Counted from the whole stretch's first letter, positions 50,408 to 61,792 are shown. The stretch: 63,724 bases of DNA, filler included, from Planctomycetota bacterium (GCA_026991575.1; 10 parts of 10 records of this genome joined end to end with filler, not necessarily neighbours in it); one strand, 5' to 3'. Numbers and translations are program-made. Notes: generated by a model from the letters alone, not told the origin.

Positions 50408-50743
50408 GGGTGGTTTTCCTCCGTTTGGGGCGTTGGGTTGTGGTGTGGTCGGGGTGGTGGTTGGTTTGGCTGGTGGCCGTACTGGTGATTGTATGCTGGG
50501 GTTGGGGCTGGCTAGTTTGGCACGCGGTTTGCTGGGCTCGGGTGGTGGGTGGTTGGGGGGTGTTCGAGGACCTGGGTGGTGGTGGGTTCGTTGGGAGGTG
50601 CTCGCAGGTGGTGGCTTTGGTTGTTTTGGTGGGTTTTGGCGTGGTTTGTGGTGTGGTGTGTTGGGGGTGGTGTGGTGGTTTGGGCTTGGGTGCTCGCGGG
50701 TTGTTTTTTAGGTTGTGGCGTGGTAGGATGATGGGAGGGAGGT
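50408..50743 (+). promoter_or_regulatory. Putative CRISPR leader, shared with the divergent sat promoter region
   Basis: Non-coding, very G/T-rich; GGTG(C/T)TCG at 50559, 50597 and 50689; TGGTAGGAT extended -10-like at 50721-50729. Confidence 0.65.
50518..50533 (+). promoter_or_regulatory. Sigma54 -24/-12 consensus oriented toward the CRISPR repeat
   Basis: TGGCACG-CGGT-TTGCT. Confidence 0.5.
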
Positions 50744-50802
50744 GTTTCCGTGGCCCCCCCGCCACGGCCCCATTGAAGCCCGTGAGCCGCATTCACCAAG
50801 AC
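50744..50802 (+). CRISPR. First repeat (36 nt) and partial first spacer of an array cut by the contig end; type I-G (I-U)-like
   Basis: GTTTCCGTGGCCCCCCCGCCACGGCCCCATTGAAGC (50744-50779): 7-bp stem, ATTGAAGC 3' end; only one repeat visible. Confidence 0.72.
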
Positions 50803-50902
50803 NNNNNNNNNNNNNNNNNNNNNNNNNNNNNNNNNNNNNNNNNNNNTTAATTAATTAANNNNNNNNNNNNNNNNNNNNNNNNNNNNNNNNNNNNNNNNNN
50901 NN
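50803..50902. other. Artificial contig linker
   Basis: N44-TTAATTAATTAA-N44. Confidence 0.99.
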
Positions 50903-53073
<2,171 letters not shown>

Positions 53074-53173
53074 NNNNNNNNNNNNNNNNNNNNNNNNNNN
53101 NNNNNNNNNNNNNNNNNTTAATTAATTAANNNNNNNNNNNNNNNNNNNNNNNNNNNNNNNNNNNNNNNNNNNN
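53074..53173. other. Artificial contig linker
   Basis: N44-TTAATTAATTAA-N44. Confidence 0.99.
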
Positions 53174-54032
53174 GCAGCCACCAGAACGGAGGCTCTCGCC
53201 TGGCTGCCAGAAGCAGCCAGGCCAGCGGCCAGAGGGCTAGCCGCACCATGGCGGCCACCAGAGCAGCGCCACGGCGGACCTGCGCGCGGTGCCACCAGGG
53301 GAGGTGTGCTGGGGGCCAGGACCGCAGCTTCTCGACCTCCAGCACAGGAACATGAGAGCATAGCTTGGGGGATGGCGGTGCTTCGCGTGCCGGCACAACT
53401 TGCACGGGGCCGTCCATGACTTCGTCAATATATTCCAGCTCCAGCTCGGCACACACCCGTGCTAGGGCCGATGACAACCGGGGCCATTCTTTGACGTCAC
53501 GGCAGAAGCAGTGGAAGCAGCTGTCAGTCTGGACAACGAACACAGGGCCGAGCAAACCACTTGCTTCTGCCGAGGCCAGGGCCTTAGTCAACAATCTGTT
53601 CGGCTCAATGTACCCGTCTTCCCTAGCCTCGTGGAGCTGCAGCATCTGCTCGTACCACCAAAGTCGGAATTCCCTGGCGTTGGGCAGAGCCGTGACTCCG
53701 AAGGCGACAGTCCCATACGCATCAGCGGCGTGCAGTTCCGTCAACTCCGCGGCCACGTACCACGAGACGCTGTACGGATGAATGTTCTGCATAGACGCAA
53801 AGACTGTGCTCGCCAAGTCAGACCACACGTAGAAAACCGAGCCAATCCCGCGCAGCCACTTGTACACCAAGAGCTGCATCCATGAAGGTCCACGAGGCAA
53901 CGGACGACCGGGAATGAAGGCGAGGACCATACCCTGCCAAGCGTGACGTTCAATCAGGGCTTCGGCCACTGCTTCCACGACATCATCGGGCCAAGGGTAG
54001 ACCAAGGACCTGCTACGAGGTTCACGGTCCAC
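53174..54032 (-). CDS. Hypothetical protein, 3'-truncated; start uncertain (54032 or 54185)
   Basis: Long ORF with globular-looking composition; purine-rich RBS before GTG 54032. Confidence 0.55.
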
Positions 54033-54470
54033 GGCACGCCCCTTCTCTCCTTGGAGCAGGTCTTCGTCTCGGTAGCCGGCAACTGGTCCTGTCTGGGCCC
54101 CAGGGCCAGATCCATAGCGACCAAGGGTCACAGCTACGGTCAGCCTGCCGACCCACGGGAGCGTGCGCACCGTGCATTCCTCCATCGGACTGTGCCACGC
54201 GCGGGACCTGCTATCGTCCGAACCAGCCACATAGCCTGTCAATGGCCCACGCGCCGATATCGTATAGCTTGCCGCCGAGCTCCTCGCCGACCACGGATCC
54301 AAGGTATCCCCAGCCGAACATGCCGGCGACCAGCGTACAGCCCGCGGCAACCGGGCCTGTCACGTACCCCGTAGTAATGAGAAGGACGGCCAGGCTGGTC
54401 CCTGCGGACGCTCCCCCGAAACCTCCAACCCATCCACCTGCCTCGACGCAGGTCTGTCGCAGCTTGTTTT

Positions 54471-54838
54471 GTAACCGTTCACAGGACGCTGGCCAGCGCG
54501 CACGGGTCCTTCCGCCGCCACTTCTGACCGATCGAATCTGACGATGGGGACTACGGCGAGTTCCGACCGCTTCGCTTCAGCTGCGCTTCCAGATCGAGCA
54601 CACGACAGGCCAGTCTTTCGTTTTCCGCCTTCAGACGCTCGACAAGCTTCTGCTGCTTCTCGGCCAATCGCTCCAACTTGCCCAACCGCTTCCGCCACGC
54701 GCGCACACCCCGACGCAGCGACCTGGCGGTCTGAAGTGATAGCTCCTGCGACATTTCCTGAGGCAAAAAGTTTGCTTCCATGCTCCATCCGATAGCCCAT
54801 CAGACCCCGTCCGTCGATCCGAACCTGTGAACGGATAC
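54471..54838 (-). mobile_element. 368-bp internally deleted IS66-family (ISBst12-like) element
   Basis: IRs GTAACCGTTCACAGG / GTATCCGTTCACAGG (14/15); contains coiled-coil LEAQLKRSGRNSP*SPSSD typical of the transposase N-terminus. Confidence 0.78.
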
Positions 54839-54938
54839 CCGATGCGCGGCCTCCGCCGTGCGTCCTTGCCCCGTGAGCGGTTACGCATAAGCTATGCCTG
54901 GCGTCCTTCTGCGAGTCCGCGATGGGCGACCCGGGCCG

Positions 54939-55336
54939 TCACGTGTCACGGACTTCGGAGCTGGCGGTGGAGAACTCCTCACCCAAAAGGATCGCGACAA
55001 CCTCGCCCGCCACAAACCCGAGCTCCTGGTGGTCGCCACGCACCAAAATGGCCTGGTCACGCTGGTCCACGGCTACCGCGCAGCGTCGGGCTAGGTCCCT
55101 CAAATCAACGCAATCGTACGCGGAAATGAGCGATCTTGCCTCGGGGCTGTCCTTCAGAAGGTGCATCAGGATCCGCTTAGATTCCTCTGCCAGTCGCCCG
55201 GAGACGAAGACGGGCAGTGCCAGGTGTGGTCGGCTGAACCGGTCAGCGACCGTGTGGTAAAACCAATCATTTGGCCCGAGTAACGACGGCTCGCAGTTGA
55301 CAACCTTCAGTGCGTAGCGCTCTGGCTCAGACAAGA
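54939..55336 (-). CDS. Hypothetical protein, probably 5'-truncated
   Basis: 131-aa ORF from the contig edge; no recognised motif. Confidence 0.5.
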
Positions 55337-55436
55337 NNNNNNNNNNNNNNNNNNNNNNNNNNNNNNNNNNNNNNNNNNNNTTAATTAATTAANNNNNNNN
55401 NNNNNNNNNNNNNNNNNNNNNNNNNNNNNNNNNNNN
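55337..55436. other. Artificial contig linker
   Basis: N44-TTAATTAATTAA-N44. Confidence 0.99.
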
Positions 55437-56710
55437 ACCAACTCCGCCTGCGTCATCCGCGACAGCTTGTCATACTGGTACCGCCACTCGGTGCCGTAGT
55501 TGTCGGTGAGGCGGATGCGGTTGCCGGCATCGTCGTAGGTGTTGGCAAGCTGGATGACCGGGTAGATCGAGGGGCTACCGGTGTTGTCCAGACTGATGAT
55601 GCGGCCGGCGTCGTCGTAGGCAAGCGTGTAGGTCTGGTTCGGGTCGGAGACGCCGATCAACTGGTTGGCGGCGTCCCAGGTGTAGTTGATCTGGAAGATG
55701 ACCTGGCCCTGGCCATCGACCCACTTCTCTGCGGTGCGGCGGCCGTCGAGGTCGTAGTCGAACTCACGCCGCCGCCCGTTGCGATCGACGACCGCCGTCA
55801 GTTGTCCGGCGGCATCGTGCTCGAAGAAGCGGCTCAGTCCCAGCGCGTTGATCTCTTCGATGACCCGATCCACGGCATCCAACCGCCACTGGGTCGTGTT
55901 CCCGTCGGCATCGGTCAACGAGATGAGATTGCCTTCCTCATCATAGCCAAAAGTGATCTCCGGTTGTTGTTCGGGTCGCTGTCGCCATCGGGCAGGATGA
56001 TGGCCGTCTGCCAGTCGCGGGCGTTGTAGCGGTACCGCGTCGTGCGGCCCAGGGGGTCAGTGACCGCGGCGACCATGCCGGTGAGGGTGTAGGTGATGGT
56101 GGTCTGGTTGCCCAGCGGATCGCGGGTGGCGATCACTCGGTTGCGTGCATCGTAATCCCATTCGTAGCGGTTTCCCAGCGGATCGATCGCCGCGATCCGG
56201 TTGCCCACGGAGTCATACTCCCACTTCCAGCGATTGCCTTCCGCGTCGACCAGCTCGATGAGCCGGTCGAGATTGTCGTACTGATAGTCAGTCTGGCTGG
56301 TTTCCAGGCCTGCCAGGGGGTCGGTGCGCCGGGCGAGCCGGTCGACGGCATCCCAGGAGAAGGTAGTCTTGGCGCCGGTTGGATCGGTGATGGCGATGAC
56401 CCGGCCGCGTGCGTCGCGTTCGTACCTGGTGGTGCGGCCCAGCGGGTCGGTGCCCGACAGGAGCCGCTGCTCGGCGTCGTAGCTGTAGCTGGTGACAAAG
56501 CCCATTGGGGTGGTCACGCTGACCAGCGTTCCGAGGGCATCGTAGCCGTAGGTGGTCTGGCGGCCGAGCGGATCGATGGTTGCGATGACTTCGTCGGCTG
56601 CGTTGTAGAGCGTCTGCCAGACGGGGTTGTTTGTCGGGTCGGTGTCCTCATCGGGATCGATCACCTTCACCGGCCGGTGCAGCACGTCGTATTCATAGCG
56701 CACCGTGTCG
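55437..56710 (-). pseudogene. Second Rhs/YD fragment, near-identical to 35314-36586, with a 1-nt frameshift; runs off the contig
   Basis: Same peptide from DTVRYEYDVLHRP; AACAACAACCGGAG here versus AACAACAACCCGGAG in copy 1 (near 55961). Confidence 0.88.
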
Positions 56711-56870
56711 GCGAAGGTAACTGGGCGTTTGCGAGGGGGTGGAAGAGCAGCAACGCCGCCCAGGGGATGGCCGAGTCGACCCGGGAGGGTGCTTCAATGG
56801 GCGGCAGGGGGGCTTTATGCTCCCCCGCCAGCCGGTTGAAGCAGGCTGCCGGGTTGATTCGCCCATTCCG
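56701..56870 (-). repeat. Rhs-associated structured repeat, copy 3, extended into a ~105-nt imperfect palindrome
   Basis: Homologous to 35190-35321; arms ~56764-56813 and ~56819-56869 around a TTTAT loop. Confidence 0.78.
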
Positions 56871-57121
56871 GACGCAGCTGGAGTTTATCGCTGACGCAAG
56901 CGGCAGGAGCAAGTTTGGGCCCGGCTGGGCGGGGAGTGAGCACGCGCGAGACACTGCTCATCGGGGCGCCAGCGTGTAGACGGGGTGCGCTCCCCAGGCT
57001 CGGCTGCCGAAGGCGAGCCTCTCGCACCGTGGGCGACACCGGCGCGCGATAGCTCCCTGTCGTGCACACGGTGCGTCGCGACCACGCCCTGCGGCCAGTG
57101 GGCACCTCGTCCGTGAGCAGA

Positions 57122-57570
57122 CAGAGGTGGGTTTCCGCGGGCAGCCGCTCAGGGCCCCCCTGGCATGTACCCCGCCGACGGTCGATCCTCACGCAGGATC
57201 GACTGGCAGAACGCGTAGAAGAGCCACTCAGGCTCCTCGCTCAGGTACCCCTTCTTCCGTAGCTCCGACATCACGACCGCCTTCTGCTCGGCCGCGAACC
57301 AACTGATCCAGAACAACACCATCGCACACAGCCAGATCAGCTGCTCAATCGCCACCCACGTGCGGATCAGAAACTTCTCCAAATCGAACAGCTGCTTCAG
57401 CCCCCGATTCAGCTGCTCCGCCGCCCAGCGCTTCATGTAGCGATTCACCCACCATTCCGGTGTACGACCCCTACCACGCGCCGCCGGAGAAACCAGCACA
57501 TACAGCGGATCACGACCAGGCAACAACGCCACCACGCACAGACACTCGTACCCCTCTAGCCCAGGCAGCC
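57122..57570 (-). mobile_element. IS4-superfamily DDE transposase, 3' part with possible right end
   Basis: Y-x2-R-x3-E-x6-K signature (YMKRWAAEQLNRGLKQ); stop at 57149; cut by contig end. Confidence 0.75.
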
Positions 57571-57670
57571 NNNNNNNNNNNNNNNNNNNNNNNNNNNNNN
57601 NNNNNNNNNNNNNNTTAATTAATTAANNNNNNNNNNNNNNNNNNNNNNNNNNNNNNNNNNNNNNNNNNNN
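57571..57670. other. Artificial contig linker
   Basis: N44-TTAATTAATTAA-N44. Confidence 0.99.
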
Positions 57671-58140
57671 GGTGCAACGTTCGCAAGCGCTTGGAGTTCC
57701 GGGTCGTCGTCGAGCGGTGCGCTCAACCACCGGTCCTGTATGCCGTCTGAAGCATATTGTTCAAGCAAGCGGCGAGTCCCTTTGTAGGAGCGGTAGAGGA
57801 TCGACCGGCGCGTCAAGACCTGCGGCTTGTTCAACCATAGCGTGACTTCTCGTGTGCTTTCGCGCCAGAGCACCTTGTCCGAGCTGCTCGGGTTCCCGCC
57901 CGTCATGGTGGGCCGCCCCATCGGATAACCCGTCCCGTACACCACATAGCTGATCCTGAATCCTGTCAGGTACAGCTCCCGAACTGCCCGGAGCGTCTCG
58001 AGCAGCTCGTCCACGTCTCGCGGAACGGCACGCACATCCTGCGCTCTGGCCGAAGCGGCGGCCACCAGCAGAGAAACGGTTGCAGCGAACAGCGTCCATC
58101 GCTCGGGCACCATCATGGGCTGCTCCCCACGCTCCATCAT
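57671..58140 (-). CDS. Secreted hypothetical protein, 3'-truncated
   Basis: Signal peptide ending ASARA-QD; ATG overlaps the upstream TGA. Confidence 0.65.
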
Positions 58141-58502
58141 CAAAAACACGCATGGACCTGGTCAATCTCTAGATCGCCACTACATATCTTCTTGCACCGC
58201 TTCTCGCCGTGGTAACATTCGCTGCACGCGACCGCGACGGTCCTCCGCTTCTGGTAGCAGGCGCTGGACGACGGGCTAACGCAGGTCTTGAACTTCGACG
58301 AGCCCTATTTGCAGCAGAAGTAGTACTTGTTGCCGTTCTCGATCTCCACGAAGCAGCCTGAGGTGCAGGTCTGGTTCGCCTTGCAATCGGCATTCTGGAT
58401 CTCGACGTACTGCTGCGCGCCGGCCCGTACCAGCACCGCCAGGATTCCCGTCACCACGGCAACGCCGACCAAGAAAACCGTGCGAGCTGTGACAAGCTTC
58501 AT
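58140..58502 (-). CDS. Secreted 12-Cys mini-protein interrupted by an in-frame TAG (58305-58307); pseudogene, error or readthrough
   Basis: Signal peptide + 5 Cys, TAG, then 54 more in-frame codons with 7 Cys; start and stop both overlap neighbouring genes. Confidence 0.72.
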
Positions 58503-59575
58503 CGCCGAACCTCCCTTGACTGAGTCACCACGCCGTTTTCCCCAGCACCTATCTTGGGCCGCTGCGATGCCACATGGGGACCGTCAAGCATGAGCGTCAA
58601 TGAGACCTCGTTCTCAAACGACAAGCGGACAGTCGTAGGCCATGCAAGCCCGGCCAGTTCGCCGCTCTGCCCTTCTGGGACCAGCACCTCTATCAGAGCG
58701 CGGCGAGACGCAGTCTCGCGATAACGGACGCACAAGGGACGTGGTGCCGTGTACCCGACAAACCCAGGCAGACGCTCCCCTTTTGCAACCACAAACGCAC
58801 GTGCAATGACTCGATGCGATGAACCCGAATCGCCTTCGGCTGCAAGGTTCACCACCACTCGGCGTGGCACCAGAAACACCGGCAGACTGTTATCGACACT
58901 GACCTCGACGCTCGTCAGGAACGCACCGGCAGGAGTGTTCGCACGGATCCAAACCTGGCCGGTCACGGCCGCCTCCGGGGACGGTCCCACGTGCAACACA
59001 CGCAGCAGCCATCCGCCATCGGTCGGCTCCAGTTCCGCCTGCACATTGGGAACCTCAATCGAGGCAACTTCCACAGTCTGGACGTGATAGTACGATTTCA
59101 GCCCTGGAATCCGGTCAATACGCACGGTAGCCACACCGTGGCCATCCTCATCAGTTTGCAGCCGCAGGCGATGGGCACTGACCCGCACCGGCTCCACGGC
59201 CTGCGCCGTGAAACGTAACGCAACCGATTCCTCCTCCGGCAAATTGGTCTCGATCAAAACCTGGCCAGAACGCGTACCCTCCGGGATCGTGATCTTCAGA
59301 AAAAGGAGCCCCCGCTGTCCCGGCGCAAGTTCCCGTGGTTCGATCGAGACCACCGAGCAGCCGCACGTGCTCCGCACGGAGCGGATGACCAGCGGTTCCG
59401 TACCCGTGTTCCAAAAAGGCAGACGCAGTTCGACCTCCTGCCGGGGCAGACCCTCGACAAAGATAGGACACGAGCTGCGGAACTCCAGACGAGGTCCGAC
59501 CACCTGGCCCGTACATCCACAGGCCATGTACAGCCAGCCTAGCAGAATTCCCCACCGTATCCTCCCCGCTGCCAT
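58499..59575 (-). CDS. DUF1573 (Ig-like) domain exported protein, possible lipoprotein
   Basis: F.NTG.EPL.I..V.STCGC.......LAPG motif; hydrophobic N-terminus with Cys. Confidence 0.82.
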   Translation of the reverse strand: MAAGRIRWGILLGWLYMACGCTGQVVGPRLEFRSSCPIFVEGLPRQEVELRLPFWNTGTEPLVIRSVRSTCGCSVVSIEPRELAPGQRGLLFLKITIPEGTRSGQVLIETNLPEEESVALRFTAQAVEPVRVSAHRLRLQTDEDGHGVATVRIDRIPGLKSYYHVQTVEVASIEVPNVQAELEPTDGGWLLRVLHVGPSPEAAVTGQVWIRANTPAGAFLTSVEVSVDNSLPVFLVPRRVVVNLAAEGDSGSSHRVIARAFVVAKGERLPGFVGYTAPRPLCVRYRETASRRALIEVLVPEGQSGELAGLAWPTTVRLSFENEVSLTLMLDGPHVASQRPKIGAGENGVVTQSREVRR

Positions 59576-59621
59576 CACTCCTGTCCTCACCACCACGACA
59601 TGTGCTGGCCACCTCGATTCT

Positions 59622-59634
59622 AGAGAGAGAGAGA
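59622..59634. repeat. (AG)n dinucleotide tract at contig end
   Basis: AGAGAGAGAGAGA running into the linker. Confidence 0.6.
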
Positions 59635-59734
59635 NNNNNNNNNNNNNNNNNNNNNNNNNNNNNNNNNNNNNNNNNNNNTTAATTAATTAANNNNNNNNNN
59701 NNNNNNNNNNNNNNNNNNNNNNNNNNNNNNNNNN
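59635..59734. other. Artificial contig linker
   Basis: N44-TTAATTAATTAA-N44. Confidence 0.99.
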
Positions 59735-60062
59735 CCGAAAGCAGCCGGACCCGTAGCTTCTCCACGCGGTCCACGACGTGGGCGTTGGTGAGGATGTAGC
59801 CGCGGTGGTCGATGATGACGCCGGTGCCCATGCCGTTGACGCGCTGGGGTTCGACCACCGACCCGGACCAGACCGGGGCCGGCACACGCTTCTCGCTGCT
59901 GATACTGACCACCGATGGTGCTGCCTTCCGGTACGCGCGCACCGCGGCACTTTCGCGGAGCGAGCGTTCTTCGGGGATGGCCGTAGTACCGAGCAGGGAC
60001 GCCAGCAGCAGGAGCGTGACAAACTGCAAGCGGACACGGATGCGTATCATGGCAACCCACAT
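59735..60062 (-). CDS. HtrA-like serine protease, N-terminal part
   Basis: Signal peptide; AAPSVVSI, GMGTGVIID..GYILTNAHVV. Confidence 0.9.
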
Positions 60063-60312
60063 CGGTGTGTCTGGCCCAAGAGAAGCACGCCGCCGCAGGT
60101 CAGGCGGGGGGGACGGCAGGGCATGCGGCCTGCGTCTGGTTCGTTTGTCGGCGGTGCTGGCCGGGTCGCTTCACCGAGAGGGCGTTCAGGGGGCCGGCCG
60201 TTTTCGTCATGGCCGCGCGCACCGCGTCAACGCAAACGACCGGTACTCATCGGGCAGGACCGGGCAATTGGCCTAAGCTGGGCGCACTTGCGGTGCAATC
60301 GTTACAAATGGG

Positions 60313-61692
60313 CTAACTAACCGGTGCCTTCATCGACGCCATCATCTGAACCAGTTCGGTGGTTGCCAGCCGCACGGCATCTTCCAGCGATTCGGCCCCC
60401 TCTGGCCATAGGTTCTTCAGGCGTTCGCGAACGAACTGGTTGAACGTCGGCTCCCGCGGCACCCCGCGCGAGGCACCTGCATGCAACTGAGTGTGCAGCC
60501 TGACGCCCACGAGAAATTCCATGGGCCGCGCCAGCGACCGGAGCATGGGCCCGTCAAAGAGCCGCAGTTGACGGTGCTTAAGCAACTCCCAGGGCTGTTC
60601 CAGTCCGCGCTGGCGGCCGTGCTTCCGTTCGGCAACGAGCGTCACTGCTCCCAAGAATCGGCACGCGCCTCGCAAGACATCGACCGGGTCGGCCCCGGTC
60701 CACTCGCCTGCGGCACGGTCCGGTTGCACCGCCTCCCGGAGCTGGCGGTGCACGGTGGTTCGGAACCGCGGCTCCGGGCCGACCACTGCGTGCCAACGTG
60801 CTTCGCTCGTAAGCCCGGCCACCATGGCATCGAACTGGTCCATCGCCGCACTCAACCGCGCGCCTCGCCCGGAAAGCGACCAGCCGGGCTCGAGGCGAAG
60901 CAGCCCGTTGGCCTGGCCCCCGCCGGCGATGCCCGCGATCGTGCAGGCCAGCTCATGGAAAAAATGCTGATTCGTGGTCGGCTCCCAGCCGCGTCGCCTG
61001 GTTTCGTGCACGGTGACCCCGTCGGCCTCGTAGACCACCAGCAGGCTCATCGGATCCAGAAAGCCCCCCATTCCCCACACCGGCAGCTCACCGGCCACGA
61101 CGCACCAGTGGCACGGTCGCGTCCGTCTGCCGCGGGCCAACGAAGGTAGGCCGTAGCGGCGGCGCAGGCGTTGGAAAGCAAGCAGCGCGATACGCTCCAG
61201 CAGCGTCAGGTAAAGCGCCCGCAGCGTGCTGGCGGCCGTCGCCGGACTATCACGTCCCATCAGGAGCCTCACGCCGACGCGTAACTCGTGCGCCGCCCGA
61301 AAACTCACCAGAATCGGTATCGGCTCCCTTGCCCCCTGCAGCAGCTCGCTCAACTCCTGGACCATCTCTTCGCGCTCGGGCAAGCTGGCTAACTCGAAGC
61401 TGTCCACCAGGTCATCCATCATGCCAGGGCTGCTGCAGAGCAGATTCTGGAGTGTCTGGCTGTAAGATGCGATGTCAAGCACTGCTTGCATCAGACCGGG
61501 TTGCACGCGGAACAGCTCCCACAGCGCCCCCCGGGCCCCAAGCGACCGACTGATCGCCTCCAGCTGGTACAGGGTGCGGTCCGGATCAGGTCGGCGGGCA
61601 AGCTCGGCGAGCAGCTTTGGAGCCAGCGCGGCCATCAGATGGCGACAACGCAAGCTGGACAGGAACGGTGCCGGCTCGCTGGAAAGCTGCAC
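60313..61692 (-). CDS. glnE: GlnE-like protein, C-terminal part with degenerate adenylyltransferase domain, 5'-truncated
   Basis: PDPDRTL..LE..SRSLG....LWELF, PGMMDDL.DS, LRVGVR, YEADG.T, TTNQHFF. Confidence 0.72.
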   Translation of the reverse strand: MQLSSEPAPFLSSLRCRHLMAALAPKLLAELARRPDPDRTLYQLEAISRSLGARGALWELFRVQPGLMQAVLDIASYSQTLQNLLCSSPGMMDDLVDSFELASLPEREEMVQELSELLQGAREPIPILVSFRAAHELRVGVRLLMGRDSPATAASTLRALYLTLLERIALLAFQRLRRRYGLPSLARGRRTRPCHWCVVAGELPVWGMGGFLDPMSLLVVYEADGVTVHETRRRGWEPTTNQHFFHELACTIAGIAGGGQANGLLRLEPGWSLSGRGARLSAAMDQFDAMVAGLTSEARWHAVVGPEPRFRTTVHRQLREAVQPDRAAGEWTGADPVDVLRGACRFLGAVTLVAERKHGRQRGLEQPWELLKHRQLRLFDGPMLRSLARPMEFLVGVRLHTQLHAGASRGVPREPTFNQFVRERLKNLWPEGAESLEDAVRLATTELVQMMASMKAPVS

Positions 61693-61792
61693 NNNNNNNN
61701 NNNNNNNNNNNNNNNNNNNNNNNNNNNNNNNNNNNNTTAATTAATTAANNNNNNNNNNNNNNNNNNNNNNNNNNNNNNNNNNNNNNNNNNNN
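61693..61792. other. Artificial contig linker
   Basis: N44-TTAATTAATTAA-N44. Confidence 0.99.

Noticed and set aside
49896..50850. Pro/Thr-rich and Gly/Val/Trp-rich ORFs over the leader
   Set aside because: Products of low-complexity skewed sequence overlapping sat and the CRISPR leader
59735..60062. Joining this protease N-terminus to the protease C-terminus at 1-1014
   Set aside because: No overlap; these genomes carry many HtrA paralogues, so the join cannot be supported
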